Positions 26,771-36,300 are shown, counted from the first letter of the stretch. The stretch is DNA of 49,070 nucleotides from Desulfovibrio sp. (GCA_020060185.1 JAGVAS010000167.1:1-49070); one strand, 5' to 3'. Program-made: numbers and translations. The notes: generated by a model not told the origin, from the sequence alone.

Positions 26771-28183
26771 ATGACACTTGAGCCACGGTTAACGCGCTTC
26801 AGGGCAGTATTGTGCACGCTGGTTGTCTTGGCCGGGCTCCTGGAATTTATGCAGGGACGGAGCCAGGCCCTGATTTACTCCGGGGGGGTAGTAGCCCTGG
26901 TGACTTTACTGGCTGTACTTCCCGTTACTACCAGGTATACACGCGTTATAGCCTTAATTTTATGCCTGAGCGGCCTGGCAGCAGCTATTTTTTCCGAAAA
27001 CCTGGAGCCCTGGAAGCTGGTTGGGGGGGTCAGGGAGATGACCCCGCTGATGGCGCTGCTGGCAGCCGTAATGCTATTGGGGATTGCCCTGGAACTGGGA
27101 CGGTTTGCCGATCTTTTTGATCGCTTTTATATTAATACGACACGGTTATACCAATCCTATATTTTTTCACTGCTGATCTCGTACGTCCTTTCCTTCTTAT
27201 CGTTACTGGGCGCCGTAGCCCCTTCTTATTACCTGGTTAATGAAAACCTGAAAAAACTGGGGCTGGAAAGAGGAAACCGTTTTGAAACCACCAGCATAGC
27301 CCGTGGTTATGCCATGGCCATTATTGTTTCCCCGGCGGCGGCTACCGTAGGTATTGCCCTGAAATATTCCGGGCTTTCCTGGCTAAAAATGGTGGAGCCG
27401 ATTTTTCTTCTAAGTATAACGGGGCTTCTCGCAGCGTTTTTTGTGGAGCCGAGCTGGCGGAGTAAAAAAGCAGTTCAGCCGCTCTTAAACCCCGGTCACA
27501 AGGTTGAAACCAGCTGGCAGGATACAAACGGCGTTTTTCTAAAACGGCTGCTTTCCTTTTTCCTGTTGTTTGCAGGGGTAATCGGTACTATCTCTTTTCT
27601 GGGAAACGTGCTGCATTTTTCTTCTTTAAACAGCATTTCTGCGGGCTGTTTGCTGGTAACTTTTGCCTGGGGAGCCTTAAGCGGCAATTTGCGGCCGGTT
27701 TTGTCCCGTGCCCTCTCTTTTTTTGAAAACGATATTATGAACCTTTCCGATCAAATCGTCCTTTTCATTGCCGCCGGTTTTTTTACTTTTTCCATGGAGC
27801 ACAGCGGGAGGTTGGAATGGCTGGGCTATTTTGTAGAGGAAGCTTCCGGCAGGATAGGGACAGTAGCCCTTCTTTCCCTGGTACCGCTTCTAATTATGCT
27901 CCTGGCGATGATTGGTTTGCACCCCTTTGCCTCGGGCATTATAATCGCCAAGGCACTTTCCCTTTCTCCCCTGTATTTTAACCCCCTTGGCCTGGCTGCA
28001 GCACTGATGAGCGGGATGTCCATGTCTTTTGTGGTTTCCCCTTTTTCCGGTCTGATTCTTATCCTGGCTTCTTTTACCGGAAAATCTCCTTACAGGGTTG
28101 GTATTCGGTGGAATATCTCATTTGTGATTACTTTTTTGCTCCTGACCTCAGTTTTTATCGCACTGGTAACAAAATACGGCTAA
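26771..28183 (+). CDS. Polytopic membrane protein, putative transporter of unknown family
   Basis: 470 aa and about 12 hydrophobic segments in two halves separated by a polar loop (SWRSKKAVQPLLNPGHKVETSWQDTNG). Small-residue SP-containing segments (IVSPAAATVG, VVSPFSGL) are reminiscent of re-entrant hairpins in ion-transporter-superfamily permeases. I do not recognise the family. Confidence 0.5.
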   Translation: MTLEPRLTRFRAVLCTLVVLAGLLEFMQGRSQALIYSGGVVALVTLLAVLPVTTRYTRVIALILCLSGLAAAIFSENLEPWKLVGGVREMTPLMALLAAVMLLGIALELGRFADLFDRFYINTTRLYQSYIFSLLISYVLSFLSLLGAVAPSYYLVNENLKKLGLERGNRFETTSIARGYAMAIIVSPAAATVGIALKYSGLSWLKMVEPIFLLSITGLLAAFFVEPSWRSKKAVQPLLNPGHKVETSWQDTNGVFLKRLLSFFLLFAGVIGTISFLGNVLHFSSLNSISAGCLLVTFAWGALSGNLRPVLSRALSFFENDIMNLSDQIVLFIAAGFFTFSMEHSGRLEWLGYFVEEASGRIGTVALLSLVPLLIMLLAMIGLHPFASGIIIAKALSLSPLYFNPLGLAAALMSGMSMSFVVSPFSGLILILASFTGKSPYRVGIRWNISFVITFLLLTSVFIALVTKYG

Positions 28184-28454
28184 AAGGGACAAGCTTAGTG
28201 TGTACTGCCCTCTCTTTAGGGAGAGCTTTGGGCGAGCGTCCAACAACAGCTTATGTCTCACAGGCTTCAATTCCGGCAGTTTCTGCCCTACTACCTGGTG
28301 TTTTGGTTTCTTTAGGTCGGGCCTTTGAGCGGTGAGGTTGTTATCCTGCAGACAGGGGACTTCCTGGCGGGAGAGTTAAAGTAAGTATTTAAAGGGTTTA
28401 CATAGAATTAATGATGGCATTAGCCAGGATTTTTTAAGACAGAGGTGGCAGTCC

Positions 28455-29817
28455 ATGGACGTTCCTTTTTTCGGAAAGGTCGCCAGGGTAGATTTAACAA
28501 CCAAAAAAGTTTCTGTGGAACCTATAGACAGGAGCATTTTCTTTAAAATAATCGGCGGCAAAGGCCTGGGGGCGTACCTGCTTTTAAAGTACCTTGCACC
28601 GGGAATTAACCCGCTGTCCGCTGAAAACATTATTATCCTGGCCAACGGACCTCTTACCGGTTCCGGCTTCCCCGGCTCCTCCCGGGTGGCTTTGATAACT
28701 AAATCCCCCCTGACCGGGACCTTCCTGGATACTAACGCCGGGGGGTATCTTGGCAGGGAATTAAAGGCTACCGGATTAGATGCCATACGAGATAAAAGAT
28801 CTCTGGCCGGATGATTTCTCCAAAAGAAAGGTTAAACAGCTGGGCTGCAACCGCTGCCCCATTTCCTGCAGGCGCCTGCTAAAGGTTGAACAGGGGGATG
28901 GGGAAATACTTCATGACGGCCCGGAATATGAATGTATCTATGCACTGGGTGCCAATTGCGGCATTTACCAGGCCGATTCGGTAGTGCAGCTCGATTACCT
29001 CTGTTCGGAATACGGCCTGGATGCTATTTCCACGGGGGTTACCCTTTCCTTTATGATGGAATGTTATGAAAAAGGCCTGGTTAACCGCAACGACCTTGAC
29101 GGGATTGATCTCGCCTTTGGCAGCGCCCCGCAGGCGGGAGAAATTATAAAAAAGATTGCCCGACGGGAGGGAATAGGAGACCTTCTGAGCCGGGGAACCT
29201 ACCGGACTTCCCTGAAGATTGGAGGCGGCTCCTCCTCTTTTGCCATGGCGGTGAAGGGATTGGAATTGCCCGGGTACGATCCCCGGGGGATGAAGGCAAT
29301 GGCGCTATTGTATGCTACTGCCGACAGGGGAGGATGCCACGTAAGAGGTTCTACCCTGAGAGCGGAGCTGCTGGGGCTATCCCAAAAGTTTGAACGGTTC
29401 AGTTACGAAGGGAAGGTTGACCTGGCCGTTCAATTGCAAAGGGAATACGCATTGCTTAATTCCTTTTCTATCTGCCTGTTTGCCAACTTTGCCCTGTCTT
29501 TTAAGGAATATCTTGAAGCCGTCAACCAGGTGTTTTCCTGCAGCTGGACCCTGGAAGAGCTTAAAGAGGCCGGGGCCAGGATTTGGAATATGACCAGGTT
29601 GTTTAACTGCCGGGAGGGATTTAGCAGGAAGGATGACATTTTACCTGGCCGCCTTTTCTATGAGCCCTTAACGGAGGGTGCGTCTAAAGGGGAGGTTGTC
29701 GATCTTCAAAAATTCCGGCAGATGCTTGATGAATACTACCTGGTTCAGGGATGGGACCAGGACGGAATCCCCCGGCAGAGCATGCTGGAGATGCTGGAAA
29801 TTGATGAGTTTCTCTAG
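28455..29817 (+). pseudogene. Aldehyde:ferredoxin oxidoreductase (tungsten AOR family) with an internal deletion plus frameshift
   Basis: ORF 28455..28814 is the first ~110 aa of the AOR N-domain (FGKVARVDLTTKKVSVEPI...GGKGLGAYLL...NGPLTGSGFPGSSRVALITKSPLTGTF). ORF 28780..29817, in another frame, resumes at the CxxCxxxC cluster motif (LGCNRCPISC) and runs to the normal C-terminus (..YYLVQGWDQDGIP). About 150 aa are missing in between. Confidence 0.75.
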
Positions 29818-29951
29818 TATTTCCATATGCAACATAAGGCCTGATAATGCTTAATGTGACAGAAAAAATTTGCTGGCATTTTTTTCATTTGCCCAAATAA
29901 CATTTTGGGGGAACAATAATAATATTCCCACACGACAGCAGGTGAGTTTAC

Positions 29952-31208
29952 ATGGAAACGAAAAGCTTTAAATTACTACAGGAAGCCTGGTTTGGCGAAG
30001 AAGAAATGGAAATTACGCTTCCCGCGGATTGGGAGATCTTTTTTGCCGATATCCCGGCGGATGCCCTTCCTGTTTTAACGGATGAAGGGATTGAGGAGAG
30101 ATTGTCAAAACCGGCGGGGACTACCACTTTGTCTGAACTTGCCGGAAACCGACAGAGGGCGGTTATTATTTTTGATGACCTGTCCAGGCCTACAAATGTA
30201 GCCGAAATTGCGCCCAGGGTTATTCGGGAATTGCTCAAGGCGGGGATTAAAGAAGAAAAGATCAGCTTTGTCGCTGCCCTTGGCGCCCACGGCGCTTATA
30301 ACAGGCTGGATTTTGAAAAAAAACTGGGCAGGGAAATTGTGGAAAAATTTCCTGTCTTTAACCATAACCCCTATGAAAACTGCGGTTATGCGGGAAAAAC
30401 CACATTGGGCACTCCTGTTTACATAAACCAAGGGGTTTTGGAAAGCGATCTTAAAATTGGCATTGGATGCATTCTTCCTCATGCTTTTAACGGTTTTGGA
30501 GGAGGGGGAAAAATAATTCTCCCGGGAGTATCTTCTATCGAGACAATCCATCAAAACCACAAAAAAGCCATTGACGATCTCCGCGAAAGAGGCGTAGGTT
30601 TTGTCGGCAACATGGGAGTTTTGAAAAACAGCAAGATGCAGGCGGAAATAGAAGAAGTTGTCAGGATGATAAACTTTGATTTTAAAATCGATGTGCTCCC
30701 CAACAGCAGGAGGCAGGCCGTGGAACTCGTTGCCGGCGATCCCATCTTAGCGTATAAAAAAGGAGTGGAAATTGCTGAGAAATTATATGTAACGAACTTT
30801 TACAAGGATGCCGATGTTGTCGTCAGCAACGCTTATGCCAAGGGTTCCGAGGCCCTAATTGCCCTCTCTCTGGGGGCACACTCCCTGAAAAAAGAGGGCG
30901 GGGACCTTGTTACGATCGTTAACAGCCCTACGGGTCAGGTGGTCCATTACTTGTTTGATCCCTTCGGCCATGATGTGGGGGGCAGGTTATGGTCCCGGGA
31001 GGGGCTGTTCCCGCAGAATATTAAAAGAAACATCCTTCTCAGCAAGTACCCCGGGCAGAGGCTGGGACCCCAGAAAAATTTAGTTTTATGTGACGAATGG
31101 CCCAAAGTTTTAACCCTGCTTATGGAGGAACACGGTCCCGGAACCAGGGCCGTAATTTACAAAGACGCCACCATGCAGTTTCTCAGAGTTCAAAGAGAGG
31201 AGCTTTAA
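29952..31208 (+). CDS. LarA-family (DUF2088) nickel-pincer-dependent 2-hydroxyacid racemase/epimerase homolog
   Basis: AVIIFDDLSRPT...VAALGAHGAYNRLDFEKKLG...ILPHAFNGFGGGGKIILPG parallels the LarA DiTRPt / AtGtHR / H.faGfSGGrKsi.PG blocks as I remember them. Confidence 0.7.
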   Translation: METKSFKLLQEAWFGEEEMEITLPADWEIFFADIPADALPVLTDEGIEERLSKPAGTTTLSELAGNRQRAVIIFDDLSRPTNVAEIAPRVIRELLKAGIKEEKISFVAALGAHGAYNRLDFEKKLGREIVEKFPVFNHNPYENCGYAGKTTLGTPVYINQGVLESDLKIGIGCILPHAFNGFGGGGKIILPGVSSIETIHQNHKKAIDDLRERGVGFVGNMGVLKNSKMQAEIEEVVRMINFDFKIDVLPNSRRQAVELVAGDPILAYKKGVEIAEKLYVTNFYKDADVVVSNAYAKGSEALIALSLGAHSLKKEGGDLVTIVNSPTGQVVHYLFDPFGHDVGGRLWSREGLFPQNIKRNILLSKYPGQRLGPQKNLVLCDEWPKVLTLLMEEHGPGTRAVIYKDATMQFLRVQREEL

Positions 31209-31513
31209 GTATACAGGTTTTACAGGAGTTTTATGTTAATGTTACACAAAAAGTTGCCAACCCTTTACCTGCGCAGGAAGCCGCACAAATAATTTTTGAT
31301 TTAGGGCAGTGGAAACTTCACAGGCCGGAAGTAGATAGTATTTTAAAAGCGATAGATATTCAACAGAGTAACAAGCTTTCTTTTTAGGATTCTCTAATTA
31401 TATGCAGTGCCAGTAACCTTGGTTGTAAAATAATCTGGACAGAAGACCTGAGCAACAATCAATACTATGGAGAGGTTCAGGCTGTAAATCCATTTTCCAT
31501 GGGGGAAATGTAA
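31208..31513 (+). pseudogene. PIN-domain toxin remnant, N-terminally truncated with an in-frame amber
   Basis: SIQVLQEFYVNVTQKV..PLPAQEAAQIIFDL...ILKAIDIQQSNKLSF-TAG-DSLIICSASNLGCKIIWTEDLSNNQYYGEVQAVNPF. The TAG at 31385-31387 sits where the family has Trp (SFWDSLI). The homologous part begins exactly at the stop of the LarA-like gene. Confidence 0.6.
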
Positions 31514-31669
31514 ATTGTATTTTATTAACCGCCATGATCCTGTGGGTTACAACAATGGATGAAAATGCCGGGTTTGTTTCCATGGGTCGTCGGAAGCTCA
31601 AGGTGAGTAGTAGAACTTGGCCGAGAACCCGGAACTACGCCACCAGTAAAACGCTGCGCTATTTTTATA

Positions 31670-32326
31670 TTAAAAGTTTATCGTTTTTAAAGCGGAGGGC
31701 AGCTCCGTTATTTTTTTCATAACAAGATCCGGTTTTTCTCCCAGGAGGGCTTCCGGAGTATTTTGCCCGCCCAGGACGATGCCGACTTTTATGCCGGTAT
31801 TTCTGGCGGCAAAGAGGTCAGAGAGGCTGTCTCCGATATGGATGGTATCTTCTTTTTTTACCTGAGCCCATTCAATGATCCTGAGCAGGCCCTCACTGGC
31901 AGGTTTTAACAGGCGCATGTCATTTCTCGATAAGATGATGCCGAATTTATCCTGCAGGCCGTGTTGGACAAGAGCTTTTAACAACCCCTTCCTGCCCACG
32001 TTGGATATGAGGGCAGTTTTATATTCCTTTAACTGCTCCAGAACAGCGTGGACCCCGTCCCTGACGTTCCAGCGGGAAGCGGCATCAAGGTCGTAAATGT
32101 CATAAACATCATCCAACAGCGATGTGAGGTAACCGGCGGGAAAACCCCATTCTTCACCCTTTTCCTGCACCAGGTTGTAGATGGCATCATAATTCGTGTT
32201 GTCAAATATTTCCCGGGAAATACCTTTTTCGACAAGAAGGTTCAATACCTCTTTTTGAGCTTCCTCCAGTTTCCACTGGAAGTTGACCAGAGTTCCTTCA
32301 AAATCCAGGGTTATTAATTTTGACAT
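31670..32326 (-). CDS. HAD-superfamily hydrolase (subfamily IA-like phosphatase)
   Basis: MSKLITLDFEGTLV (DxD-type motif I variant), ALISNVGRK (motif II), IHIGDSLSDLFAARNTGIKVGIVLGG (motifs III/IV). Confidence 0.75.
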   Translation of the reverse strand: MSKLITLDFEGTLVNFQWKLEEAQKEVLNLLVEKGISREIFDNTNYDAIYNLVQEKGEEWGFPAGYLTSLLDDVYDIYDLDAASRWNVRDGVHAVLEQLKEYKTALISNVGRKGLLKALVQHGLQDKFGIILSRNDMRLLKPASEGLLRIIEWAQVKKEDTIHIGDSLSDLFAARNTGIKVGIVLGGQNTPEALLGEKPDLVMKKITELPSALKTINF

Positions 32327-32511
32327 TCCTTTCTACTCCTCCTCCTCCGGAATTAAGGGGACACAATACTAAATTTTTTATTGGGAAGATTAAGCAAATT
32401 AAAGGGATACAATACTAAAATTATTGTGTTTATTGCTTCGGCGCCTTCCCCAACAATTAACTCGCAGCATTCAAAACTCCAAAACGGTATCCTGCACTGT
32501 GCCCTACATTT

Positions 32512-33222
32512 TTATACTATTTGCAGGTTTGCTTCGGGGGAACCAGCATCGATCCAGTAAGTCCTCGTCCGGCAGTCAAAAAACCTGGGGAGGTATTCTA
32601 CGAGTTCATCCCTGGCGGAGAGGACATTTTCTTCGGTGAAACCTTTAAAACCGTCGATAGGGAAAAATATCCTGGATGATTCAGGTGTAACCTTGGCCTT
32701 TTCTCCCTGTCTCCATACCCATATCCTCGTTCTTACTTCCAGGTCATCGGCATATACGGGTTCTCCCGGAGGAACCTCTTCCTGCTCACTGCTGCCAAAG
32801 GGGGTAAAAAGATCCCCCTCCCGGCTGAAGCGGATTTGTATATCTCCCTTTGTTTTGTCCAGGTCGTGGGCACCCATGGGGACCATATTTTTTATCCCGA
32901 TGGCATTTACCAGGTTTACAACGTTGTTGATGCTGGGAAATTCGGGTTTTTTGGCTATCCTCTTAAGCAGGGCTTCGATGGAGGAGGGGAACTTGTTGGG
33001 GTTAATGCCCAGGCGTTCAAAAGCCGCTCTCCATACGGCTATCTCTTTGCGTTCTTTTAAATTGCTGTCTTTCAGGATGCTGTGAACTTCCTGCACCGAA
33101 GAAAAGAGCATTTTTTCAATTTCCGGAATTAATTGGCCGTCGTTGATTCCTTCTGCTACTACGACGGCTACACAAAAATCAGGAAATTTCTGGAACAATT
33201 CCTCGCTTACTTTAAAAAACAT
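32512..33222 (-). CDS. B3/B4 (Phe-tRNA-synthetase-beta-like) domain protein
   Basis: FPDFCVAVVVAEGI...IAVWRAAFERLGINPNKFPSSIEALLKRIAKK.EFPSINNVVNLVNAIGIKNMVPMGAHDLD. ATG at 33222 lies 7 nt after GAGGTG. Confidence 0.7.
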   Translation of the reverse strand: MFFKVSEELFQKFPDFCVAVVVAEGINDGQLIPEIEKMLFSSVQEVHSILKDSNLKERKEIAVWRAAFERLGINPNKFPSSIEALLKRIAKKPEFPSINNVVNLVNAIGIKNMVPMGAHDLDKTKGDIQIRFSREGDLFTPFGSSEQEEVPPGEPVYADDLEVRTRIWVWRQGEKAKVTPESSRIFFPIDGFKGFTEENVLSARDELVEYLPRFFDCRTRTYWIDAGSPEANLQIV

Positions 33223-33294
33223 TGCGTAACACCTCGCCATTCTTTTTTGTTATTAGATTTGCCTTGTGTACCCCTATTATTCCCTTAAAAGTCT

Positions 33295-33510
33295 TTTATT
33301 TCCAGTTTCTAATTTGGAAGCAAGAGTCTATAACTTTTTGTACATTTTCTTTGGAGAGAGGAGGGTGAAAAGCGCCTTCTCCACGGGGCAGGGCCTCATT
33401 GTAAAACCTTTCCGGAAATCTGTATTCTTCCGGGGATTCTCCCTCTCTCTGGTTGAACCTGTGCTGAAGTTCCCAGATTTTTTCGGCACAGGCCAGGAGC
33501 GAATCTGCCG
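33295..33510 (-). pseudogene. C-terminal fragment of a second AOR-family gene
   Basis: Hand translation of the minus strand gives SHFTADSLLACAEKIWELQHRFNQREGESPEEYRFPERFYNEALPRGEGAFHPPLSKENVQKVIDSCFQIRNWK-stop. It parallels the AOR C-terminal block (..nLeR.FN.reG...D.lP.Rf..Ep....G......l...l.eYY..rGW). It has no start codon and a TGA upstream. Confidence 0.45.
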
Positions 33511-33598
33511 TAAAATGGCTTCAGGAACGGCTAGCTCGGGGGAGAGCCTTTACCGTTTATCTTTAAGCTAAAGAACGTTATGGTTAAGTTATTCGCTT

Positions 33599-33986
33599 TT
33601 ATTTTGCGGTTTCCTGCCAGCAGGGAAGAATAGAGGCATGGAGGATACTACCGGCACAGGCTGTAGCTTTTTTTATGCGGAGAGGACTCCCACGGTATTG
33701 ATGGAGGAGACCAGGATGTAAAGCAAAAAGATGCGTTTGGGAATTTTTTTGTCTTTTAAAAGGAAGAGGTAATCGAATAGAGGACAGGCTTAGGCTTTTC
33801 CCCAGTATTTTCAATAGGTGTCTGGTGCTGATAGTATCGAGAAACATTTATCCCAGGGACTCGGATTTTTTCAATGACAGTAGTTAAGGTAACTTTGCTC
33901 AAAATTTTTACAGAAAATGCCGGCGTTAAAGCTAGAATTAGAGCATTAAAAAACAATCTAAATTCCTTAAAATTAACTATTGACAA
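33599..33986 (-). pseudogene. amj: Decayed partial copy of the lipid II flippase gene amj (central third, several frameshifts and a stop)
   Basis: Nucleotide similarity to 40900-41290, including an identical 23-mer gcggagaggactcccacggtatt (33677-33699 and 40984-41006). Peptide pieces FRLFFNALILALTPAF.., MFLDTISTRHLLK.., YILVSSINTVGVLSA-stop parallel FRLIIFSATLGSILAV.., MVLSMLSADHLLK.., YIIVASINTVGVLSA of the intact gene. Confidence 0.7.
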
Positions 33987-34007
33987 AATGTTTTTGAAGG
34001 TATAACT
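33980..34007 (+). promoter_or_regulatory. Candidate sigma-A promoter for the methyltransferase cluster
   Basis: TTGACA at 33980-33985, then 16-17 nt to ATAACT/TAACTT (34002-34008). It overlaps short inverted repeats GTATA...TATAC (34000-34016) that could be a GntR operator. Confidence 0.35.
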
Positions 34008-34043
34008 TATATATACAAGTATAAATATGTTAATAGAGATAGG

Positions 34044-34850
34044 ATGGTTATGTTGCTACTGGTTGGAGAGCTTATTAATACTAGCAGGGGAATTATCAGG
34101 CAGGCTGTTGAAGCACGTAACGGAGTTGTCATTCAAAATGTGGCCAGAGCTCAGGCACAAGCAGGAGCACACTATATAGATGTAAACTGTGGAAACCTGG
34201 GAAAAAACGAAGAAGATGCCATGTTATGGCTGATTGCACAGGTTCAAGAAGCAGTAGATTTGCCTTTATGTATTGATAGCCCGAATCATAAAGCACTTGA
34301 AGCCGGCCTGGCAGCGCTCAAGACAAGTTTTCCTCCCATGATTAACTCCATTACCCTTGAGCAAAAGAGGTTTAGCTCCGTTTTACCACTGGCTTTGAAA
34401 TATAAAGCGAAAATTGTCGGCCTTTGCATTGATGATGCAGGTATTCCTAAAATACTTGCTAAAAAATTGGAAGTAGCTAAAAAACTCATAGATGAACTGG
34501 TGTCAGCCGGAATTAAGCATAGCGATATTTACATTGATCCTTTAATTAACCCTATATCTATTGATGATCAAAGTGCCCTTCAAGCCTTATATTTTAATCG
34601 GCAATTAAAAGAAAAAATCTCTCAGGTAAATGTTATTTGCGGATTAAGCAATATCTCCTATGGGCTTCCATGCCGTACTGTGTTAAACCGCTGCTTTATG
34701 GTTCAGGCTATGACTGCAGGTATGGACGCGTTTATTCTTGATCCGACAGATCGGGAGTTGATGGGTCTTTTTTTTGCTTCGATGGCATTGCTGGGGCGTG
34801 ATCGTTACTGCAGCCAGTATTTAAAGGCTTATCGCAGGAGTAATTTATAA
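34044..34850 (+). CDS. Pterin-binding methyltransferase (methylcorrinoid:tetrahydrofolate methyltransferase, MtvA/AcsE/MetH-pterin-domain type)
   Basis: LLVGELINTSRGIIRQAVEARNGVVIQNVARAQAQAGAHYIDVNCG...LCIDSPN...MINSIT...GLCIDD...YIDPLI...ICGLSNISYGLP has the layout of a dihydropteroate-synthase-like TIM barrel. Confidence 0.75.
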   Translation: MVMLLLVGELINTSRGIIRQAVEARNGVVIQNVARAQAQAGAHYIDVNCGNLGKNEEDAMLWLIAQVQEAVDLPLCIDSPNHKALEAGLAALKTSFPPMINSITLEQKRFSSVLPLALKYKAKIVGLCIDDAGIPKILAKKLEVAKKLIDELVSAGIKHSDIYIDPLINPISIDDQSALQALYFNRQLKEKISQVNVICGLSNISYGLPCRTVLNRCFMVQAMTAGMDAFILDPTDRELMGLFFASMALLGRDRYCSQYLKAYRRSNL

Positions 34851-34906
34851 TTTGTAGTTTTAAAGGTAGGGACTGAAAAAACTGTTCACCGGGGTGATCC
34901 TTAACT

Positions 34907-35614
34907 ATGGAGATTTCCAAGAAATCTTTTAAACCAGCATATTATCAGGTTGCAGAGGCAATAAGTTCAAAGATTAAAAACGGGGAACTGAAACCGGGGA
35001 GCATGATTCCTTCGGAAGCACAATTATGTGCACAGTATAAAGTGAGTAAAATGACTGTAAGAAGGGGTCTTTCTATTCTCATAGAGGCTGGTTACCTGCA
35101 ATCTTCCCAGGGGAAAGGTACTTTTGTTTCCAGGCCCAACCTGGAGGAAATGGTGGTTAATTTTTCCTTGGCAGGCAAGCTTACTTCCAAACTGCTTTCA
35201 GTTGAAGTTATTCCGGCCCCGGAAAGCATTGCCAGAAAACTGGGTATTGATAGGGGAAGTAAGGTTATTTATACAAAGAGGCTACTCTTTTACGAAAACG
35301 AGCCCATCATCTATGATCAGAAATATCTTCCCTATGTTAAAGGCAAACCGATCCTGGAAGCAGATATTGAATATGCTGAGTTGCCGGAAATGGTCGAAAA
35401 GCACATTGATATTCTTCCCATAAGAAGTGAACTGGTTATTAAGGCAAGGGCTTTAAATAAAGAAGAAGCCAGAGTACTTGAGGAAGAGGAAGGAAAAGCG
35501 GTTTTGTTATTAGAGCAAACCGTTTATTCTCAAAATAATAAACCTGTAGGCTGCGGGCAGGCGATTTGCCATAGCGACAGGTATACTCTTAAAGCTGTTT
35601 CTCATCCTTTTTAA
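34907..35614 (+). CDS. GntR-family (HutC-type, UTRA effector domain) transcriptional regulator
   Basis: YYQVAEAISSKIKNGELKPGSMIPSEAQLCAQYKVSKMTVRRGLSILIEAGYLQSSQGKGTFV, followed by a ~140-aa UTRA-like C-terminal domain. Confidence 0.85.
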   Translation: MEISKKSFKPAYYQVAEAISSKIKNGELKPGSMIPSEAQLCAQYKVSKMTVRRGLSILIEAGYLQSSQGKGTFVSRPNLEEMVVNFSLAGKLTSKLLSVEVIPAPESIARKLGIDRGSKVIYTKRLLFYENEPIIYDQKYLPYVKGKPILEADIEYAELPEMVEKHIDILPIRSELVIKARALNKEEARVLEEEEGKAVLLLEQTVYSQNNKPVGCGQAICHSDRYTLKAVSHPF

Positions 35615-35634
35615 AATTTTAGGGGGAATTAAAA

Positions 35635-36300
35635 GTGTGGAGAGAAAAGCAACTTATTGCCGGGGCTCTGGCTCACCTGGACGAAGTAACGGTCTTTAAA
35701 CTGGTCCGAAAAGGGCTGGCTAAGGGCCTTGATCAGTTTCTTCTTGTTGAAGCGGCAAGAGATGGTGTTAAGCTTGTCAGCGAAAAATATCACCGGGGCG
35801 AATACTTTCTGGCAGATCTGATCATGTCGGCGGAGATTTTCAGAGAGGTCATAGACCTAGCGATCAGGTTTAACCCGCCAAAAGTTATAGACTGTCCCCC
35901 TGTTATTTTCGGAACTGTAAAGGAAGATATCCATGACATCGGTAAGAATATTGTTATCGGTCTAATGAGGTGCCGCGGGCTGCAAGTCCTGGACCTGGGG
36001 GTCGATGTCGCCGAAAGGGATTTTTTGGCAGCTTTAAAAAGTACAGCTTCGAATATCCTTTGCCTTACCGGACTTATAACACCAGCTTATGATTCTATGC
36101 GCAGGACTATCGCCCTGTTGGAGGAGGAAGGGATGAGGGATAGTACCTCTATTATTATTGGCGGGCTTGTTAATGAAGCTATAAGAGAATATGTAAAGGC
36201 CGACTATTTTTCTACGGATGCTTCCGAAGGTGTTCCCCTATGCATAAAAATTATAAATAAAAAAACTTCTTTAAAAAAGAAGAAACAGGTGAAAGGTTAG
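35635..36300 (+). CDS. Corrinoid (cobalamin-binding) protein 1
   Basis: B12-binding cap helix domain, then GTVKEDIHDIGKNIVIGLMRCRGLQVLDLGVDV (DxHxxG...GxD motif). GTG start. Confidence 0.85.
   Translation: MWREKQLIAGALAHLDEVTVFKLVRKGLAKGLDQFLLVEAARDGVKLVSEKYHRGEYFLADLIMSAEIFREVIDLAIRFNPPKVIDCPPVIFGTVKEDIHDIGKNIVIGLMRCRGLQVLDLGVDVAERDFLAALKSTASNILCLTGLITPAYDSMRRTIALLEEEGMRDSTSIIIGGLVNEAIREYVKADYFSTDASEGVPLCIKIINKKTSLKKKKQVKG

Noticed and set aside
28184-28454. Possible Moco/Wco riboswitch in the 270-nt leader upstream of the AOR gene.
   Set aside because: I found only generic hairpins (for example gccctctc..gggagagc). I did not find the conserved GCCUCCC and GGAAAGG-type elements I remember from the Moco motif. 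A covariance-model scan would be needed to settle this.
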